Shown here: positions 30,991-42,058 of the stretch, piece by piece
How the letters are laid out: every line of letters begins with the position of its first letter
Numbering within the stretch: position 1 is the first letter of the stretch
From: a virus
Lineage: Duplodnaviria; Caudoviricetes
Virus record (IMG/VR): IMGVR_UViG_3300037847_005729
Coordinates: 638-64,637 of that record
DNA: 64,000 nucleotides
Direction: 5' to 3' (one strand)
The notes under the pieces: model-generated
Database searches by the model: none
What the model saw: only the letters and a program-made list of their open reading frames with translations
Told to the model about the DNA's origin: nothing
Position numbers and translations under genes: made by a program

Positions 30991-32120
30991 GTCACGTAGC
31001 AGAAGTATATGCAAAAGATTTGGGCGTACAAATCGGCAAACCAAAAATAACAAATCATTTTTATCCAGTTCAAAGCGAAAAATATATAGTTTTTCAAGGT
31101 GGAACAGAAATGCAATGCAAGCAATATTATTATTGGGATATAGTGTTTAGTTTAATTAAACCACACTTGTCTAAAAACAATATTAAAATTGTAGAAATTA
31201 GCAACAATCATATTTTAAATACAAAAGGGGTGGATGAAATAATTTCACCTGCCACTAACAGACACAATAATTATATCATATCTAATTCTATTCTTTACAT
31301 AGGTTTAGATGAGATTTATATGCATGTGGCAAGTCATTATGATAAACCAATTGTAGCGCTGTTTTCTAATAATTATAAGGAAAATACAAAACCACTGTGG
31401 AACAAAGAATCAAAAACTAGTTTGTTAGAGCCAGACTTTAAGGAATTAAAACCTTCTTTTGCCACGCAAGAAAACATAGTTAGGATTAATGAAATAAAGC
31501 CAGAGAAAGTTGCTCAAAAAATTCTCGACCTATTAAATATAAAAGAAAAAATTGAGTTTAAAACCGTGTATGCTGGTCAAACTTTTCACCTTCCCAAAGT
31601 AGAAATAGTTCCTAATTTTTTTGCACACTCTCCAGAACTTCAAGATCAAGAGATTATTTTAAGAGGGGATTTAAATTTTGATGAACAAAAAATTTACGAA
31701 TGGTCTACGCAATCTATTTTAACACTACATTTAAAAGATAAAATTAGTGATAATTTACTGCACGCTATATCCAAGAGAACCAAACACATTATTTTTAAAT
31801 TAAATGATTTGGATTTAAATTATAATAAATTTTTTAAAAAAATTACTTCGTATAAAATTTCTTTAATTGTTATAGTAGATAATAAAGAAATCATTAACGA
31901 TTTAAGAGAAAAATATTTTGATTTTGAGGTTGTAGAAAGACCACAAACAAAGAAATTAGACAAAAAAGACAACTTAAAATATATTTCTAAGAAAAAATTT
32001 ATATCAGACGGTAAAATTTATTTCTCAGAATTTTCTTCTAAAATTGTTGACAAAACAGATTTATTTGTTAATAATAGCGATTCACAAAAAGAAATAGAAG
32101 ATTTTTATATATATGAGTAG
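30987..32120 (+). CDS. GT9 (heptosyltransferase)-like protein
   Basis: K.Y.YW, YIGLD...MHVA...KP.VALF, INEI.PE.V. Confidence 0.6.
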   Translation: MSHVAEVYAKDLGVQIGKPKITNHFYPVQSEKYIVFQGGTEMQCKQYYYWDIVFSLIKPHLSKNNIKIVEISNNHILNTKGVDEIISPATNRHNNYIISNSILYIGLDEIYMHVASHYDKPIVALFSNNYKENTKPLWNKESKTSLLEPDFKELKPSFATQENIVRINEIKPEKVAQKILDLLNIKEKIEFKTVYAGQTFHLPKVEIVPNFFAHSPELQDQEIILRGDLNFDEQKIYEWSTQSILTLHLKDKISDNLLHAISKRTKHIIFKLNDLDLNYNKFFKKITSYKISLIVIVDNKEIINDLREKYFDFEVVERPQTKKLDKKDNLKYISKKKFISDGKIYFSEFSSKIVDKTDLFVNNSDSQKEIEDFYIYE

Positions 32121-32853
32121 TCCAGATAAATACAAAAGAAACGAACATGGTCTCCTAGAATCAGTTGATTATGTTTTTAATGAAGATGGCTCCGTTAACT
32201 GGCGTGCCATGATTAAATCAGAGCATTTATACCCAAACAAAGATTGGTTTGAGTACAGAAAGATGCCTGTTCCAGAATCTGTAGAAGGTTTAAATGATAA
32301 TCAATTACTTATCAAGCTAAGTGGTATCAAAGAGCTAGCTAGACTTCGTGGTTTTCACAATGTTACATATGACATTTCTGAGTCATCTGATAGTCGTGTT
32401 GTAGTTCAATGCATGGTTAATTGGATAGAAAACTATGAAAGCAATGGCACACAGACTTTTGCTTCCATCGCAAACGCCACGACAAACAATACCAATGGTT
32501 TTGCGGCTAAATTTTTAGAGTGTATCGCAGAAAATCGTGCTTTTGTCCGTTGCGTTCGTAACTTTCTTAACATTCATATTGTTGGTGGTGATGAAATAGA
32601 TAGCTCTAAAGATAAAAACAAACCAATAGATTTATCTAGCAACTCAAAATCGACCGATATTAGCCCTCAAGGCATCTTAGCTAAGAACTTGAATGATAAG
32701 GTAGGTGTAAGCACCTTCGATGGATTTAAAGACTGGTTGCGTGCTTTATATAAAGATGGTAAATATGATGGCGATACTGAACAAGTTAAGACTTGGAACA
32801 GCTTCAAAGACATTCCAGCTAAAGATTGCAGAAAATTACTTAAATTAATTTAA
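32113..32853 (+). CDS. Hypothetical protein, possibly a single-strand annealing protein
   Basis: 246-aa ORF; IAENRA..R..RNFL.I...G.DE resembles SSAP C-terminal motifs. Confidence 0.4.
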   Translation: MSSPDKYKRNEHGLLESVDYVFNEDGSVNWRAMIKSEHLYPNKDWFEYRKMPVPESVEGLNDNQLLIKLSGIKELARLRGFHNVTYDISESSDSRVVVQCMVNWIENYESNGTQTFASIANATTNNTNGFAAKFLECIAENRAFVRCVRNFLNIHIVGGDEIDSSKDKNKPIDLSSNSKSTDISPQGILAKNLNDKVGVSTFDGFKDWLRALYKDGKYDGDTEQVKTWNSFKDIPAKDCRKLLKLI

Positions 32854-35800
32854 TCCAGTATTTTTTATCGCAAATGATCCAGTAAGTTTATAAGGCGATT
32901 CTGGGTTTTGTATAGCTGTAATCGCTACTTTGTAAGTGCCAACAGCGCTTAAATTGTAAATGTTGAATGGTGTAACTGGGGGATCGCTACTCTGATCTTT
33001 AATAAATTCTTTGAATATATATCTTTGATTTGGAGTCGTTAGGGAAACCCTATATCTATCCTCCGTTCCATCACTTTGCCCTGTTATTTGTCCAGTAAAT
33101 TGGATTGAACCGTCTGGAAGAAAACCTGTTCCAGTAATAAATCCTTGTGGCGGTGTAGGAACATTTAATTCAAAAGTTGGTGTTCCTATATTAAACCCAT
33201 AACCAGTGTCCACAAAGTTTAATTCTTCTATTTTTGTAAATTTACCTGTGTTAAATTCTACAGCGTCTATTTGGTATTGATTTACCTCTCTTTCACTTAT
33301 AGAGGTTACTCTATAAAATTTTTGATCTCTGTTAGTTAAACTTACATTGAAAGAACTACCAGTTTGAACTCCTGTTATAAATTCAAAATCATTTTGTTTT
33401 GGATCTAATAAAACTTTTGTTAAATGTTCTCCGCTTGCTTTGAAACCAGTTATGTCAAATTCACTTAATTGTCTTCTATCTAAATTTTCTATGGCTCTTA
33501 AAGGAATATGTTCACTAAATACATCATTATCTGGTCCAACTAAACCTGTTTTAAATGGATCGTGAGCTATGTCATATAATTTTTGATAATCTGTTTGTTG
33601 TAATGTTGTGAATAATTGAATACCCTTTCCAGTATCTATAATACCAGTTTTTACGTCAGAGCTAATCAAAACAAAATGTGAATCTCCACCAATATCTGGG
33701 AAAGTTCCAAGTGGTGCTCCAGTTCCGGTTTGCAGTCCTAAAACTTTTCCATAACTGAGTTCAAAATTCATTAATTCATCTTCTATTTGTATTATATCAC
33801 CAGGACTTACAACTAAAGCTTCTTGACCAGCTGTGAATCTAACACTTTCAGTTTCTACTGTATTTCCGAATAATATATATCTAGCAAGTCTTTGGGCTTG
33901 TCCTCTTGATGTACAACCAAATCCTTCTACTTCGTTTGTAACTAAACCAAATTTTTTGATTCTATCTTCGTCTTCAGCGTACTCAGTTTTTACCATAAAC
34001 TTGTCATCTTTATCTTGGTAAGATACAGCTACTCTTGAGTACCTAGACGATCTTAAAGAATCAGAGTAGTTAAATTGTCCATCTAAAACATTTTGATTGT
34101 TAAATATTGCAGTTGGTTTTTTGGGTTGATCAACTGTAAAGTTAAATGAAGACCCACCCCAATAAGGTATAGCTCTAAATGAAGATGCTAAAGTTCCTAT
34201 TAATTCAAATGCATTAGTTTCATTTGATATGAGTGCGTTAGTAGAAAATCTTGGCTCTAAACCACCTTTGCCATCTGATATACCAGAAAAGCCACCATCT
34301 TTATCAACACCATCACAGTATCTTCCTAAAGAATAAAGTTTAAATATATCTATGTCTTGTAAGTCATCTAGTTGCCCTCCAGCTCCGTAAACAGGATTTA
34401 TCATCATATCATACAAAATCCAAGCTGGATTATCAGACCAACCAGTTTTAAGAGAACCATTGAATTCTCCTTCGTATACATTAATCAATTTCTTAGAGCA
34501 AAATCCACTCTCATCAATAACTACATTTTTACTAGGGCTATTTGGATTCGTATCAACTGTTACAACATCCGTATATTGAGTTCCGCTTTTATCACTTAGT
34601 TCAAAGAGGGCTGAAGCACTAACACTAGCATCTAAATTTCCACCATGTTCATTTGGTCCAAAAAATATAATTTTACTGTGTGCGGGAGAAGTTCCAGTGC
34701 CCTCTATAGCCAATATTCTATGCAAGCCATTAACCTTGTTACTAGGTGTGCTTGAGCCTAAAACGGAAGCACCCGTTCCAGCTGCGGAGCCCCCACCATT
34801 TACACCGTCTACTCGTATAAAAGCACGAGGTCTTAAAATATCTGTAAGTAGTAGATCTCTATCAAAAGTTACTTCTAAAGCGTGTCCACCACTAAATGCA
34901 ACTCTTTGTATAGATGGTTTAGATCCATCAGCGTTTAAATAATCTCCAGTAGGTATACCTATCTCACTAATAAATGGTACAGGATTACTTAAAACTAACC
35001 CAGTTGACGCAACAACAGGTATAAATGGAACAACAGATCTCCTATCACCCGCTGTGTAACCCACAGTTGGTTTAGTTTCACGAACATTAGTAACCCCTAT
35101 AAATTGTCCAGTGTTGCCTCCACCATAAAAATAACCAGATAAAGGATCACTATCAACGTGATGTATTAATGCACCATTTCTTCTTATTTTAAGTTCAGAA
35201 AAATAAGCTCCTTCACTTCCTTTCTTTAATAATCCAGTAGCGTTGTGACCAGTTCCAAAAGCTCCTACTATAAATTTTCCATTTTCAAAAACCATATCTG
35301 GTCTATTTTGTAAACTAAACACCTCCCTATAATCATGACCAGTAATATTCAATCGCATTTCAACTTTTGTTCCAACAACATTGATTGCACCTCTTAATGT
35401 TTTTCCATTTCCATCGTGGAAATTTATTGTACCTACTTGATTTCCAGCTCCAGTTATTTCTTCAATTATTGATGGTGTTGCATGCCCTTCTCCATTCGAA
35501 GCTCTTCCAGAAAAACTACCAGTTGAAAAACACAATCTATTACCTGTAACATAACAAAACATATTAGTGTTACTTTCAATTGCTTGACCAGTGATTCCCG
35601 TTGCTATTGTAGAAAATATAAATTGTCCACTTTGAGTTGTGTTGTGTGGTTCAATCTGCCTATAGTAGCCCGTTCTTGTAGATGAAAACGATAAATCATT
35701 TAACTCTCCATCAGTTTTTACTGCGATAACATCTTCTGTTCCACCAGCGTTATTTGGTTCTGCATCAGCCCAAACTTCGTACCTTCTTCCATTGATTACT

Positions 35801-38800
35801 GTATTACTTAATCTTCCCTCAGAATCAGTGTGTCCGGTTAACCCCGTTGATAGTCTATTAGTTTGACCACCATCATTTATAAAGAAAAATCCAGTCCTTC
35901 TTCCATCTGCTATTGATACAGTATTAGACTCAACACCAGAATCTGCTAAACCTATCCAACCTGCTTGAAAATGTCCAGTAAACTGATCATGCCACTGAGC
36001 GTATTCTTGATCATTATCCCAAATAAGTAAACTAGCACCAGGCACCTCTGTTATTCCAGTGTGAAATCTAGCTTCGTTAAAGGTTAAGTTTCCTCCTTCG
36101 TGTTTGCCAACATAATCATATGTTTTACTGGGGTTATCAGATACCCCTAATCTTACTTCAAATTCTATTTCAAAATTGTCTGTACCTTTTAGAAAAATTG
36201 TATCTAAATTAGTTAGCGCAAATTTTTCATCTGGTCTTAAAAGTTTTCTTTGACCATAAGATTTTTCGTCGTTTATAAATCTTTTATCTATACCATTTGT
36301 GTCTAAAGGAAAATAATTGCTAGGTATAAGAATTTTTTTCAACCTCATATCGTAAGTTCTCGCTGGTATATCCGAAAACTGTCTTGCATCTATAGTATTT
36401 CCAAAAAGAGATGATAAAGGATATGTAAAATCAGATGCTATATATTCAGTAAAATATGAAAGCGCAACATCTCTACTTATTAAAATAGACTCAGTTTCAA
36501 ATTCTTTTTTTCTAACCCTTACAAATCTTTTAACATCTTTCCAAGAATCTTCTGGGAACAGTAAATCCCCACCACTTATATTAAATCTAGTTAAAATTGA
36601 TTCTGTAACACCAGTAATATCTGTGGCTTTTATATTTTTTAATTGTCTAGGATTAGGTAAATCTTCTATTTGCAAAGTGTTCAAATAAGGTCTTGTGACA
36701 ATCCCATTAAATGAAAACTCTTGAGCTCTATTAAAAGTTGATAAGGCTATATCTTGTAATGAAGCTCCTTTCGTTAAAGCTGTATCAACTTCTTGTTCAG
36801 ATAAACCAGCCGATCCAGATTGATTTACTAAATCAAAACCACCGACAGCTGCTGTTACTCCTAATGTATTTCTATTTAATCCAAAAACTTGATTGTTAAG
36901 GGTAAATGGGCCCGTAAAAGCACCACCAGCAAAACAACCTACACCTTTATAATCACTACCCTCATACAATGGGGAACCAGATCCACCAGCTCCTGTTGGG
37001 GCTCCACTATGAATTGCAAAAAATTTATTGCCGTGTGTGCCTGCGTTTGTTCTATGAGTGCCATGAGGAGGTGGTACAACTGCTCTATCTAAAACTCCTG
37101 TTCTAACAAAGGCTTCATTAAATCGAGTTCTTGTGTTACCATTTAAAAGGACTTCTAGTACAGGTCTTGCAACAAATCCACTACCAGCGGAATATTCTAA
37201 ATTTCCACCAGCTGCAGCAGCAGAATCCAAATGACCAAAACTACCAGTTCTTATTCCACTCTCTAACTCTGCATCAATTACTTCGTGTCCACCCTCAAAT
37301 GAAAAATTAAAAAGTTCTCTTGGGTCTTTACCAGTAACATGACGCCCAAATTCAACCACTACAGAGGATCTAATATCTATATCATTTGTCGGATCATAAA
37401 CAAAAGGTGCTACAAAATCATAAGTAGCGCCAACTTGTTTAGTATAAAATATTCCAGAACCACTGTTTAATGTTGATGCTTCACCATGCTTCCTAGAATC
37501 ATTAAGAATTATATCTCCATCAGCGTTTTTAAAAACTAGAGTTTTTCCAGTAAGAGGTAATAAACCTGTTATAGTGTCGTGATCTTGATGAACTTCAAAA
37601 TTATTTATTGTATAAAACATTTGACCCAAATGATCAGTTGTAAAACCGAACTGTCTCATATCAACAAGTTTTGGTTCATGACCAGCCTTAAATATATTAC
37701 TTTGATCAGTGTTAGATGCAAAATTTCCTCCTGTACAAGCATCAAAAGCACTTAGATAATGTAGCTGTCCAGTTTTTTGACCCTCTGAATTTGTGCCAGT
37801 TCCTCTAAGTATTACCCCAGATCCAGATACAACTTCTTGTAAGAAAACTCCACTAGTGCTAATTTGAAAAACTGAAAGATCATGCAGTCCAGTTAATGCT
37901 GGAAGAGCTCTACCTTTAGTCAATTGTTTAAATTCATTACCGTCTCCTTGGAAAGGTGGAGGAATTGACATTTCAGTAGCAGTTTCAAACCCGTACTCTA
38001 CTATCATAGTTAAATTAGCCGGGGCACTTGTGCCAGCGTTCTCTCCCTCAGCTATCGTGTCTTCAAGTTTATCAATTTTTATAGTTGGTGTACATTTCGT
38101 TACTTCCTTTTGTTGAATTATATGTGTGTGAGAAAATTCTTCTGAGTCCACTGGTAGATTTCCTTGCCAACCAGCGAAATCTTTTTCATGTCTAATGTCA
38201 GCATTTCCTAAACCAGCTTGGGCGCTTCCTGGTGCATCAGTAGAAAACGCCCCTAAGATTTGCCTATTTACATAATACTCTCTACTACCAGATGAATAAT
38301 CTGATAATTTATTTTGATATTCACTTCCATTTGTGAATTGTACGTTTACGTTTTCATAATTATACTTTTCTAGTTTGTCGCTAGTGAAAGAAAATTTAAT
38401 ATTATTTTTAGTAAATTCATTCGGATCTCCTAGTTGATAATAACTAGGATTTGTTAAATATAATTTAAATCTATCGTATGCTACGGTAAATCTTTCAAAT
38501 TCCATGTATCCAGTGTTATAACCAGCAGACAAATCTTCTATTGACATAGGGTTACCTTCAGTACCACTATGGTTTAAGAAAAATTTACCAGTTTCAAATT
38601 GTCCATTTGATCCAGTAATTTCTGCATTACCAACATAAAAAAACATTAATGTTTCCCCAAGTAAACTTGTTTCTGTTCCATTTCCAAAATAACCCAAAAA
38701 ACTATAATTTTCTGGACTTTCGTATATTTCTAAAGTTCTTGGATCTTGAAAAGATCTTTTAAACGACCTATCATTTACTGATAATAAACTTTTTGTTTGG

Positions 38801-40017
38801 TTGATCACTCGACCACTACCATTTATATTTTCCGTTCTAGGAAAAGCTTGTAAAACAGCTTCACCACTTGTTCCGAGATCTGCTTGAACTCTAAATCTAG
38901 CTAAACAAAATTTCGATAAATAGCTGTCATCGTACAAATTTTCAACCTCTGTTTTTAGAGAGTTAATATATCTTGTGGCATAGTGCGAATCCGTTGCTTT
39001 AAACGAACCGAATCCAGCTACCCCCTCTTCAATAGTCATTAGGTCACTTATAAAATCAGAGGAGCTTCCCTCTCTTACATCAAACACCCCCTTATTTCTT
39101 AACGTGGCGCTAACAAGTTGACCATTTGCATTAGTTCCAAAATCTACGTATGCTTCTATAGTTCTATCACTAATTCTAATACTAGCGTTGTTATTTGTGT
39201 ATCTAAAATCGTATGATTCGCCATCGAGTCCTATTACCGTGCCCCTATCTGAATCTAACTCTGACGGCTTGTAATTATTGATTCGTTTAACTATATCTTG
39301 ATAGCTCGGTGTAAAACGAACTACCGGTCCAAATAGATGTCCTGCTCCTATAGGTGAGCCAAAAATAACTCCATTAGTTGTAACAGTTATGTTATCAGCG
39401 GCATCGTCGGAATCACTAGCTCTTATAACAACGCCCGTTATTTCAAGCATATCAACTGTCTTGTGTCTATTTCCGTAATCAAAACTTGAGGTCGCATTAT
39501 GACTATTTGGATCTATAAAAACGTCCTGTTGTATAGTAGCAGTGGCTACTGATATTACATCAAAACCATTTTCTGCCACTGGATTAGCAACATCTCCCAT
39601 GGCTATTCCATTAGCCGTATCAATGAGATTAGATATAGATTCAAGTTCAGCAACTATACCAGTTACGGTAGCTCTTCCTATGCTCTCTATACGGGCAAAA
39701 TCTACATCAAGTTTTTGAAGAACTTTAGAACTAGAAGTTTTTATGGGGGTATCTGTGTAATGGACAGCTGATAAAATTTCATAACCATCAGCTTTACTTC
39801 CATCTGCTTGAACCGGTCCCTCTACAGGGCCCTCTGAAACCAAATCTAAAACTTGAGCCACAGACGTACTTTGGAAAACATTTGTTCCCTCATCTGGTGG
39901 AATTAATTTAGCAGTACCTCCAGACTTTGCACTACCTCCACCACCTTTAGATCCAACAATACCCCCTAGTTTTTTATCTAAGTATTTTTTGTAACTGTTC
40001 TGTATTTTTTTTGCCAT
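32845..40017 (-). CDS. Tail tip / host-specificity protein J with large insertions
   Basis: DLVSEGPVEG, IDARQF..IP.R.YD, WSDNPAWILYD, YCD..EPRF, GCTSRGQA.R, PGDII. Confidence 0.9.
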   Translation of the reverse strand: MAKKIQNSYKKYLDKKLGGIVGSKGGGGSAKSGGTAKLIPPDEGTNVFQSTSVAQVLDLVSEGPVEGPVQADGSKADGYEILSAVHYTDTPIKTSSSKVLQKLDVDFARIESIGRATVTGIVAELESISNLIDTANGIAMGDVANPVAENGFDVISVATATIQQDVFIDPNSHNATSSFDYGNRHKTVDMLEITGVVIRASDSDDAADNITVTTNGVIFGSPIGAGHLFGPVVRFTPSYQDIVKRINNYKPSELDSDRGTVIGLDGESYDFRYTNNNASIRISDRTIEAYVDFGTNANGQLVSATLRNKGVFDVREGSSSDFISDLMTIEEGVAGFGSFKATDSHYATRYINSLKTEVENLYDDSYLSKFCLARFRVQADLGTSGEAVLQAFPRTENINGSGRVINQTKSLLSVNDRSFKRSFQDPRTLEIYESPENYSFLGYFGNGTETSLLGETLMFFYVGNAEITGSNGQFETGKFFLNHSGTEGNPMSIEDLSAGYNTGYMEFERFTVAYDRFKLYLTNPSYYQLGDPNEFTKNNIKFSFTSDKLEKYNYENVNVQFTNGSEYQNKLSDYSSGSREYYVNRQILGAFSTDAPGSAQAGLGNADIRHEKDFAGWQGNLPVDSEEFSHTHIIQQKEVTKCTPTIKIDKLEDTIAEGENAGTSAPANLTMIVEYGFETATEMSIPPPFQGDGNEFKQLTKGRALPALTGLHDLSVFQISTSGVFLQEVVSGSGVILRGTGTNSEGQKTGQLHYLSAFDACTGGNFASNTDQSNIFKAGHEPKLVDMRQFGFTTDHLGQMFYTINNFEVHQDHDTITGLLPLTGKTLVFKNADGDIILNDSRKHGEASTLNSGSGIFYTKQVGATYDFVAPFVYDPTNDIDIRSSVVVEFGRHVTGKDPRELFNFSFEGGHEVIDAELESGIRTGSFGHLDSAAAAGGNLEYSAGSGFVARPVLEVLLNGNTRTRFNEAFVRTGVLDRAVVPPPHGTHRTNAGTHGNKFFAIHSGAPTGAGGSGSPLYEGSDYKGVGCFAGGAFTGPFTLNNQVFGLNRNTLGVTAAVGGFDLVNQSGSAGLSEQEVDTALTKGASLQDIALSTFNRAQEFSFNGIVTRPYLNTLQIEDLPNPRQLKNIKATDITGVTESILTRFNISGGDLLFPEDSWKDVKRFVRVRKKEFETESILISRDVALSYFTEYIASDFTYPLSSLFGNTIDARQFSDIPARTYDMRLKKILIPSNYFPLDTNGIDKRFINDEKSYGQRKLLRPDEKFALTNLDTIFLKGTDNFEIEFEVRLGVSDNPSKTYDYVGKHEGGNLTFNEARFHTGITEVPGASLLIWDNDQEYAQWHDQFTGHFQAGWIGLADSGVESNTVSIADGRRTGFFFINDGGQTNRLSTGLTGHTDSEGRLSNTVINGRRYEVWADAEPNNAGGTEDVIAVKTDGELNDLSFSSTRTGYYRQIEPHNTTQSGQFIFSTIATGITGQAIESNTNMFCYVTGNRLCFSTGSFSGRASNGEGHATPSIIEEITGAGNQVGTINFHDGNGKTLRGAINVVGTKVEMRLNITGHDYREVFSLQNRPDMVFENGKFIVGAFGTGHNATGLLKKGSEGAYFSELKIRRNGALIHHVDSDPLSGYFYGGGNTGQFIGVTNVRETKPTVGYTAGDRRSVVPFIPVVASTGLVLSNPVPFISEIGIPTGDYLNADGSKPSIQRVAFSGGHALEVTFDRDLLLTDILRPRAFIRVDGVNGGGSAAGTGASVLGSSTPSNKVNGLHRILAIEGTGTSPAHSKIIFFGPNEHGGNLDASVSASALFELSDKSGTQYTDVVTVDTNPNSPSKNVVIDESGFCSKKLINVYEGEFNGSLKTGWSDNPAWILYDMMINPVYGAGGQLDDLQDIDIFKLYSLGRYCDGVDKDGGFSGISDGKGGLEPRFSTNALISNETNAFELIGTLASSFRAIPYWGGSSFNFTVDQPKKPTAIFNNQNVLDGQFNYSDSLRSSRYSRVAVSYQDKDDKFMVKTEYAEDEDRIKKFGLVTNEVEGFGCTSRGQAQRLARYILFGNTVETESVRFTAGQEALVVSPGDIIQIEDELMNFELSYGKVLGLQTGTGAPLGTFPDIGGDSHFVLISSDVKTGIIDTGKGIQLFTTLQQTDYQKLYDIAHDPFKTGLVGPDNDVFSEHIPLRAIENLDRRQLSEFDITGFKASGEHLTKVLLDPKQNDFEFITGVQTGSSFNVSLTNRDQKFYRVTSISEREVNQYQIDAVEFNTGKFTKIEELNFVDTGYGFNIGTPTFELNVPTPPQGFITGTGFLPDGSIQFTGQITGQSDGTEDRYRVSLTTPNQRYIFKEFIKDQSSDPPVTPFNIYNLSAVGTYKVAITAIQNPESPYKLTGSFAIKNTGLN

Positions 40018-40026
40018 TGAATTTAA

Positions 40027-40593
40027 TTACACTCCTGCGCTACCTCCATATCCTTGAGGATTTTGACCCAAATTAGAATCAACAGAATCTTTATCAATTT
40101 GTTTGGTGATTGTTTGAATTACTTGAGAACCTACTCTCAATCTTCCATAACCAACTTGAACTGGGCTACCTTGATTAGTTGTATTTAATTGTGTTCCGAA
40201 AACAAAACTTGTGCTCTCAGCTCTAGCTACCACATCTTGAACATTGTATTGAGGTTTTGGTGATAATATATAAGCTACACCAGCAGCAACAAAAGCAGAA
40301 ACAACTGCATATATAATAAAATCCACACCATGACCAGCGATACTTGGAACCAAATCTATTGTTTTCATTTTTTGATATTCAAATGCACCATCTACATCAT
40401 TAATTAATTCATCATTAACAACCATTTCATAATCCATACCATTGAAATGTTGTGTTTTTATTTCATCTAAAAAGTTTGAATATTTGGTAGACATCGCAGA
40501 CAAAAAATCAGTCGGCTTGTTTAAATTCACAAATTCAAACTCTTGACCAAATTTTGTGGCTAACAAACCATGTAGTCTAATCTTGGTTCTCAT
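40027..40593 (-). CDS. Tail assembly protein I-like
   Basis: I.LHG.L..KFG, DLVP.IAG, hydrophobic stretch, N...QG.PV.VGYGRLRVGSQVI. Confidence 0.85.
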   Translation of the reverse strand: MRTKIRLHGLLATKFGQEFEFVNLNKPTDFLSAMSTKYSNFLDEIKTQHFNGMDYEMVVNDELINDVDGAFEYQKMKTIDLVPSIAGHGVDFIIYAVVSAFVAAGVAYILSPKPQYNVQDVVARAESTSFVFGTQLNTTNQGSPVQVGYGRLRVGSQVIQTITKQIDKDSVDSNLGQNPQGYGGSAGV

Positions 40594-40945
40594 ATAATAT
40601 ATTTTTTAATTTACTTATGTCTTTACAATTTTCTGGTTCATAAATGAAAAATTTTCTAGTTTCCTTTGAAAATATTATAAATGGTAAACATGAAACTTCA
40701 GAACTTTTTTTATCTCTTGTTGATGGTTGCTCAGATCCTTTGGGGTGAGAATGGTAAATTGCTATCGGATCATATTTGTTTTTAACATATAGATAATCGT
40801 TTGCTGATATTTGAAAAGTATCGCCTTTGTTCTTAGCAATATTTTTGACAGGAACTATATCAAAATCCTCCTCTCCAAAAACGAAACCACAAACTTCTTC
40901 TTCGCTTTTGCAACACTCTTTAATAATCTCTTGTTTAATAGCCAT
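40577..40945 (-). CDS. Tail assembly protein K-like (JAB/MPN domain only)
   Basis: EVCG, YHSHP, PS..D; ATG at 40945 overlaps the L stop. Confidence 0.85.
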   Translation of the reverse strand: MAIKQEIIKECCKSEEEVCGFVFGEEDFDIVPVKNIAKNKGDTFQISANDYLYVKNKYDPIAIYHSHPKGSEQPSTRDKKSSEVSCLPFIIFSKETRKFFIYEPENCKDISKLKNILYENQD

Positions 40946-42038
40946 AAGTTTCCGTTCCAGGGAATCCTCCAAATGGTAAATCCTTTCCGTCGTTAATTCC
41001 GTCGTCAAATTCGTCACTATCAAACCTTAACTTACACCCACCCAACCTTTTGGAGCAAACATCTTGAATCCATAAATCTTGTCTTTTTTCTGGTTTGAAG
41101 TCTTCATTGGTTGGAACGTGAGTTTTTTTACACACATAATATGTATAATTAGAAGCAAGAGGGCTGTAGTTTAACGCTTGAGCTTTAGCGATTCTATCAC
41201 TTACTTTGAATATATAATCTCCAGCGTGATAAGTATGACTTCCACTATACCACATACCACTATTAATAATCACAGCTGATTCATTTCCAGGATCTGCGCC
41301 CAACCTAACACCGTGTATTGCATTTTTGCCCGGTTTAGCCGCTTCTGGTGGAAATATACCAGAATTTAAAAAATATTTACCAGCAGAGGTGCCTGTTACA
41401 AAATAACTATCATTTGTATCTCCAACAGGTCTATCTAAACCATCTGAGAGAGTGCTTGATTTATGTCCATACCTACACCCTGCGCCTCTATAAATCCAAC
41501 TACAATATCTAGACGCAACTTTTCTATTCGGCACGCTAACATTTTCAAGTTCAAAACTAGATACTAATTCTAGTTCTACAAATAATTTGTTTTCCGATAC
41601 TTTTCTGGACACAAAATATTTTTCTTTTGGCAATTTTGCGTTTGGGTTAGCGGCTCCAAATGGATTCCCAGCAGGAAAATTAACATCATCTAAAAATTTA
41701 ACAAAAGTTCTGGTTCTCTCAAACTTAGCGTTATTTAAATTTTCATACTTTCTTAATATAGAGGACATATACATTCCAGCATTAGATATCCTCACTTTAG
41801 GTCTAGGCAATCTTTGATTACCTAAAACTTCAAAACCTTCAGCCTCTATTGGTATTGGCAAATATTCTTGTCCATTGTAAACTATTTTTTGATTTACTCC
41901 ATTAGTTCCTGGGTGAAAGTGAATTACTGCTTGACTATCGTTATGATAATCGTAGTATAAAGAAAACAATTCAACCATTGCGGTTGGCTCAATTTCAAAA
42001 ATATGCCTAACAAGATCGTTATCTAAACCCTTTGCCAT
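40935..42038 (-). CDS. Minor tail protein L-like
   Basis: Y.P.PIEAEGFE, LPRP, RT..KFLD..NF, C.W.YR...C.Y, D.CSK...C..RF, PFGGFPG. Confidence 0.9.
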   Translation of the reverse strand: MAKGLDNDLVRHIFEIEPTAMVELFSLYYDYHNDSQAVIHFHPGTNGVNQKIVYNGQEYLPIPIEAEGFEVLGNQRLPRPKVRISNAGMYMSSILRKYENLNNAKFERTRTFVKFLDDVNFPAGNPFGAANPNAKLPKEKYFVSRKVSENKLFVELELVSSFELENVSVPNRKVASRYCSWIYRGAGCRYGHKSSTLSDGLDRPVGDTNDSYFVTGTSAGKYFLNSGIFPPEAAKPGKNAIHGVRLGADPGNESAVIINSGMWYSGSHTYHAGDYIFKVSDRIAKAQALNYSPLASNYTYYVCKKTHVPTNEDFKPEKRQDLWIQDVCSKRLGGCKLRFDSDEFDDGINDGKDLPFGGFPGTETYGY

Positions 42039-42058
42039 AAAATATATTACACAAAAAT

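Noticed and set aside
35656-36125. Diversity-generating retroelement target (C-type lectin fold)
   Set aside because: No reverse transcriptase and no template/variable repeat pair seen in the window
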